Shown: positions 59,974-64,000 of the stretch, in pieces
How positions within the stretch are numbered: position 1 is the first letter of the stretch
How the letters are laid out: every line of letters begins with the position of its first letter
NCBI GenBank assembly: GCA_030603385.1
Contig: JAUVXW010000016.1
Location: 1 to 64,000 of the forward strand
From: Promethearchaeota archaeon
Lineage (GTDB): Archaea > Asgardarchaeota > Lokiarchaeia > Sigyniarchaeales > SOKP01
Length of the DNA: 64,000 bases
Reading direction: 5' to 3'
Program-made: the position numbers and the translations under genes
Notes under the pieces: generated by a model
Told to the model about the DNA's origin: nothing
Database searches by the model: none
Seen by the model: the letters and a program-made list of their open reading frames with translations, nothing else

Positions 59974-61089
59974 TTGATAATAAAAATGCAGATTGGTAGA
60001 TATATTTTATTAAGGGATAAATATCTAGAAGGGTTTACTACTTTTTCTGAACAAACCATAAGGTGTTATCGAACATCAATAAATAGCTTTGGTAAATTTA
60101 TTAATTTTAAAGATATCTTTGATCCAAATGATATGAAGAACTACTTGAATTCTAAAGAATTCAAAAAACTCCAAATCTCAACTCAGAATTTATATAGAAT
60201 AAAATTATCGAAATTCTTTTTATGGATCGGATTCAGGAAAAGCGAGATTGCTGAATTACTGAAAAAGAAAAAAGATATCAAAAAAACATTGCAAAAAAAT
60301 GATCTTTTAACAAAAGAAGAAATTAGATTCATCTTAGGTAAAATGAAGAGACCAATTGATAAAGCCATATTCATGATGATTTTAGAAACTAAAGGTAGAA
60401 AATCAGAAATTAGAAAATTGAAAATTAAGGATGTTGTATTTTATGAATCCTATGCTATGGTATATATAAGAAATTCAAAAACCTCACAAAGAAATATCCC
60501 AATTGTCGAAAGTATTCCTTATCTTACTCGATATTTAGAGGATCATCCTTTAATAGACGATCTTGAAGCTCCATTTTTTATAACCCTCTATGGAGGAGAA
60601 TTTAAAGGTTATTCTGAGAATGCTTTTAATGGAATTTTTAAAAGATATACTAAAAATATGAAAAAAAAAGTATATCCACATCTACTAAGACATACTGGAT
60701 TAACTGAAATGGCCAAACATCTTACAGAATTTCAATTAAAACAATTAGCAGGTTGGACTATGGATTCTAAACAAGCTTCAAGATATGTTCATTTATCAAA
60801 TCAAGACTTAGAAAATAAAATGCTTGAACTACATGGTATAAAACCTCCTGAAGAACAAGAAGAAGTTAAGCATATTGAGATAATTCGATGCCCAAGATGT
60901 GATTTTGCTAATAGTGACCTAGATAAATATTGCTCCAGGTGTGGAAGTGTTCTAGATATTAAAACGGTAATTAAACACCAAGAAAAAGCAAGAGAATTAG
61001 AAGAAATAATAAGCGCTTCAGAAATTAAGCAATATATAGATAAATTATTCGAAGAAAAAGTCTTTAATATCCTTGATAAAAAAGCGTAA
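59974..61089 (+). CDS. Tyrosine recombinase/integrase with C-terminal Zn ribbon
   Basis: GRKSEI (R), SKT (K), HLLRH, GW, RYVH (Y); CPRC..CSRC; start probably ATG 59986. Confidence 0.93.
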   Translation: MIIKMQIGRYILLRDKYLEGFTTFSEQTIRCYRTSINSFGKFINFKDIFDPNDMKNYLNSKEFKKLQISTQNLYRIKLSKFFLWIGFRKSEIAELLKKKKDIKKTLQKNDLLTKEEIRFILGKMKRPIDKAIFMMILETKGRKSEIRKLKIKDVVFYESYAMVYIRNSKTSQRNIPIVESIPYLTRYLEDHPLIDDLEAPFFITLYGGEFKGYSENAFNGIFKRYTKNMKKKVYPHLLRHTGLTEMAKHLTEFQLKQLAGWTMDSKQASRYVHLSNQDLENKMLELHGIKPPEEQEEVKHIEIIRCPRCDFANSDLDKYCSRCGSVLDIKTVIKHQEKARELEEIISASEIKQYIDKLFEEKVFNILDKKA

Positions 61090-61090
61090 T

Positions 61091-61255
61091 TTACTCGCTC
61101 CATTTAATCTCTTCAGCAATTTTTAACAATTCATCAACATTTAATTTACTTAAATCTCCACTAACATGAATATGAAATGTTTTAGCTATAATTTCAACTT
61201 GTTTTTCAAAAAGCTTATCTAAATCTTCTTTATTTTTTTTATAATAAACACCCAA
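61091..61255 (-). CDS. Small hypothetical protein (54 aa, MGVYYKKNKEDLDKLFEK...IKWSE)
   Basis: Manually translated TTG-start ORF whose stop abuts the integrase stop. Confidence 0.4.
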   Translation of the reverse strand: MGVYYKKNKEDLDKLFEKQVEIIAKTFHIHVSGDLSKLNVDELLKIAEEIKWSE

Positions 61256-61514
61256 AAAGTAAATTTTTTAATTGAATTTTTAATGAGTTGATATCTTTAT
61301 TGGATTAATCTAAAATACACCCTAATTTTTTATGTTTTTTAGGTCCGCTTTTATTATGGTTAGAATTGTAAAGAACCAATTTCTTAAGATTATACTAAAT
61401 AGGTAAGATTTTTTTTCTTGAAGTCTTTATTTCTGATGAGTAGAACAAATTTTAAGGATTATAAAAGGTAAGATTATTTAAAAAAAGAAAAAAAATTAAA
61501 ATCAAATAGTCAAT

Positions 61515-62270
61515 TTATAGATTTGTAAATATATATCCTATATCTTGATTTGAAAAGTGATCAACTGCTATTTTTCCAAATCTACTACTTATAACAGAGC
61601 CAAATCTCTCTTTCCAAGGAGAACTAATAGAAATTTTGGTATATTTTATAATTTCAATTAAATTTTCTAAGTCTTTTTTAATTGAAACAAGTGTTTGTAT
61701 ATCAGCATAACTCCAATTATCTCTCAATTCCTTATGAGGACATAATAGAAAGTAGTTTCTATTTTTAAATTGAAATATACTCCGTATATACTCAATAAAT
61801 TTTTGTTTTTCTTTTGTTCCTAATTTATCAAAATTTTGTTTTAAATCAGTTGGATTTTCAAAATTTACTTTACTTCTTGTTTTTTTGGTAGCCAAGGTTT
61901 CTACAAAAGTTTGAAGTAATTTATAACTTAAAATCTTGAGTGGAAAAACAGGTAATACATATAACCTTGTTGTTTCTCTTTTTGGAATATCACACGTGTA
62001 ATTACTAATAATTAAACCTATAGGTTCTTTAAGTTCGAGATTTAAAAAACTCTTTGGATAATCAACAAGGATATCTCCCTGTTCCATCTCATATTCTTCA
62101 GACTCTTTAAATAAATTGAGATTGGTATTAACTTTAAGGTTATCGATTTGGCTATCTCCTGTTATATTTGTTAAAAATGTGATACCATCTTTTTCTGTAT
62201 AAAAAGATTTAGTTAACTTCTCGATAGAAGATTTGACGTCTAAATCCTTTTGATCATTTTTCTTCGCCAT
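61515..62270 (-). CDS. Hypothetical protein with PemK/MazF-like signature, putative toxin/effector
   Basis: EQGDIL..P, GLIISNYTCDI, YVLPVFP, NYFLL, ADIQTLVSI, SSPWKERF..RFGKI. Confidence 0.5.
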   Translation of the reverse strand: MAKKNDQKDLDVKSSIEKLTKSFYTEKDGITFLTNITGDSQIDNLKVNTNLNLFKESEEYEMEQGDILVDYPKSFLNLELKEPIGLIISNYTCDIPKRETTRLYVLPVFPLKILSYKLLQTFVETLATKKTRSKVNFENPTDLKQNFDKLGTKEKQKFIEYIRSIFQFKNRNYFLLCPHKELRDNWSYADIQTLVSIKKDLENLIEIIKYTKISISSPWKERFGSVISSRFGKIAVDHFSNQDIGYIFTNL

Positions 62271-62770
62271 TAATAGTCATCATCGACAATTTCTTCCTCT
62301 GTAAGAATATCGTCCCAAAAATCTTTTGGTATATCGATTTTAAAAATCTCTTTATCAATGATAGACTCTTTTTTATCTTTTTGTTCCGTTAATTTTTGGA
62401 AATTCTCATTAAATTCTCTTATTAATTCAAAATTATTATTAAATCTTTTAAGTTCTTCAATTAATCCTTCAAAGACATTGAATGTTTTATTAGAGCTCTC
62501 TAATAACTCTTTTAATTGATCTTCATTAAAATCTTCTTTAATTTGTTCTCGAAATTTTTTTACGGTTTCACTATCAAAATATAATTTAGTTATTGTTTCT
62601 AATACTTCTTTAGCATCATCGGAATGTAGTGCTAATTCTTGTTTTATTTTATCAAAGGGATTAATTTCTGGTTTAATAATAAATTCTTCTTCGGGGGGAA
62701 TTTGACCTGTGTTTATTAGGTAATTCATAAGTTTTTGTTTAGCATCCGATCTTTTTAACCTTTTACTCAT
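62270..62770 (-). CDS. Hypothetical helical protein with acidic C-terminus
   Basis: 166-aa ORF, TAATG overlap with downstream gene, ATGA overlap with upstream gene. Confidence 0.65.
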   Translation of the reverse strand: MSKRLKRSDAKQKLMNYLINTGQIPPEEEFIIKPEINPFDKIKQELALHSDDAKEVLETITKLYFDSETVKKFREQIKEDFNEDQLKELLESSNKTFNVFEGLIEELKRFNNNFELIREFNENFQKLTEQKDKKESIIDKEIFKIDIPKDFWDDILTEEEIVDDDY

Positions 62771-63534
62771 ATAATTTTCAACTCCTCCATTAATTCGTTA
62801 AATTTATTTAGATTTGTTATTAAAATATCCTGTAATTTATTTTCCATTATGGATAATTTTGAATCTGGATATATAAACGAACATAATATATTATTTGAAC
62901 TCTGGTGTAATGAAAAGAAATATTTATTCTCTTCTTCATCAATTTCAAAATTAACATCTTCAAAAACCATTTTTTTTGTATTTAATAAACTTTCTTCAAT
63001 AATCTTACTCATACTCTCTATTTTTGGTTCTCCCTTTAGTTCAACTCCAAATATTACAGAAACTTCATTTAATTTAGGGATTTTCTCTTCTAAAATCTTA
63101 GGGATGAGAAACATCTTAATTAATAAATCAACTTGATCTAAATCACTTAAATTTATTGGTTCTCTTTTTGTTTCACTTTTCCTTGGATAAGAAGGCATTA
63201 TTCTCATACTTTTGTCATTCCCTCGGTAAAACATCCTTCCAGATCGCGAAAAATCTTTGGGATATGAGAGAGTAATTTTTTTCTTACTTAAAAAAATCTC
63301 GAAATCCTTAGAACTTAAAGTTAAATTTGGAGTAATTCCTAATTCTGGTATTATTTCCTCTATTATAGAAATTTTATCTAAGTTGTAATCAACAGTTATG
63401 TCTTTAAAATCCAGTAAAGTTAATTTTGATAAAATGTCTTTTATATTTGTTGATTTATCTGATTCGATGAATCTAAATGTTACATTAAAAAAACTAAGAT
63501 TTTCTAATAGTTTAGGTTTTTCCTTCTTTCCCAT
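62767..63534 (-). CDS. Hypothetical alpha/beta protein (possibly TIGR04255-like)
   Basis: 255-aa ORF heading the coupled three-gene operon; family guess from size, pattern and context only. Confidence 0.55.
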   Translation of the reverse strand: MGKKEKPKLLENLSFFNVTFRFIESDKSTNIKDILSKLTLLDFKDITVDYNLDKISIIEEIIPELGITPNLTLSSKDFEIFLSKKKITLSYPKDFSRSGRMFYRGNDKSMRIMPSYPRKSETKREPINLSDLDQVDLLIKMFLIPKILEEKIPKLNEVSVIFGVELKGEPKIESMSKIIEESLLNTKKMVFEDVNFEIDEEENKYFFSLHQSSNNILCSFIYPDSKLSIMENKLQDILITNLNKFNELMEELKII

Positions 63535-63667
63535 CTCTTTATTAATTATAATATTGATTTAAAGTACAAAAATTTTTGTATTATGTTAATATTTGTTAGA
63601 ACTTAAATTTTTTATAAAATCTTTTATCTTTCCATTTTTTTAAAAATTCATTCACTTCCTTATTATA

Positions 63668-63820
63668 TTAATTTTCTTTTTCTAATAATAATTTATTTGC
63701 TATTAATTTAGTAACAGGATCTTCAATTTGGTTAATAACTGATTTAAGATCTTCAGGAGTAAGATCTTTTTTCCACTCTTTTATTTTTTTTTCTAAAGTT
63801 GATTTTTCTTGTAAAGTCAT
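63668..63820 (-). CDS. Small hypothetical protein (50 aa, MTLQEKSTLEKKIKEWKK...EKEN)
   Basis: Manually translated; AGGAGG upstream; ATGA overlap with upstream ORF. Confidence 0.55.
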   Translation of the reverse strand: MTLQEKSTLEKKIKEWKKDLTPEDLKSVINQIEDPVTKLIANKLLLEKEN

Positions 63821-63999
63821 CTATACATACTTCCTCCTGGATCTGTTTTAACTTCGATTGTTTGTTCCTGTGGTTTTACTAAATTTGTTATTGATTTTGC
63901 CATTTCTTTAATTCCCTTGGCCATCTCAAACATAGCATCTTTAAGCTCGGAAATTTCTGTTTCAATATTTTCAAGTTTGTTTGGCATATCAAAATAAGA
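63817..63999 (-). CDS. C-terminal part of hypothetical coiled-coil protein (truncated by window)
   Basis: ..MPNKLENIETEISELKDAMFEMAKGIKEM..DPGGSMYR*. Confidence 0.55.
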   Translation of the reverse strand, partial: SYFDMPNKLENIETEISELKDAMFEMAKGIKEMAKSITNLVKPQEQTIEVKTDPGGSMYR

Positions 64000-64000
64000 T

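Larger units (their letters stand above)
59974..64000. mobile_element. Left part of a putative integrated element (provirus/plasmid/island), continuing past window end
   Basis: Integrase followed by convergent unknown ORFs; abrupt end of housekeeping genes after ftcd; att site not identified. Confidence 0.6.

Noticed and set aside
1-64000. CRISPR array, tRNA or rRNA genes
   Set aside because: No regularly spaced repeats or GC-rich structured RNA-length segments recognised; a tRNAscan-SE/Infernal run would be needed to exclude them fully

Overview
AT-rich archaeal window, inferred to be from an Asgard archaeon (Lokiarchaeia-like). This rests on archaeal-type PheRS/TyrRS/IleRS/CoaD, DUF1512 and tungsten AOR, together with eukaryote-like signature proteins: a 4x E2-like(UEV/RWD)+RING protein, a Vps29-like protein and a 22-repeat LRR protein. 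Layout: (1) 1-9.9 kb: end of rfbB, the UEV4-RING E3-like gene, a free-standing LAGLIDADG gene, ileS and a two-TM repeat glycoprotein. (2) 10-30.8 kb: a large, actively decaying surface-glycan locus (nucleotide-sugar enzymes, flippase, GT2/GT4, five intact methyltransferase genes, an acyltransferase, several pseudogene fragments). (3) 30.8-59.8 kb: housekeeping and metabolism (bacterial-type rph, pheS-pheT-pheA, coaD, AOR-acyl-CoA ligase-SCP2, ppdK, tyrS, acyl-CoA synthetase, Vps29-like, ADH, LRR, hutUHI + ftcd). (4) 60-64 kb: left part of an integrated element with a tyrosine integrase and a translationally coupled three-gene module ending in a PemK/MazF-like protein. Best candidates for undescribed systems: the FANCL/Listerin-like tetra-UEV-RING ligase, the tandem ParB/Srx-like + WbdD-like methyltransferase fusions, the three-gene module on the mobile element, and the CD36-topology repeat protein. 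No rRNA, tRNA or CRISPR array was recognised. All family assignments come from motif recognition by eye, not database searches.
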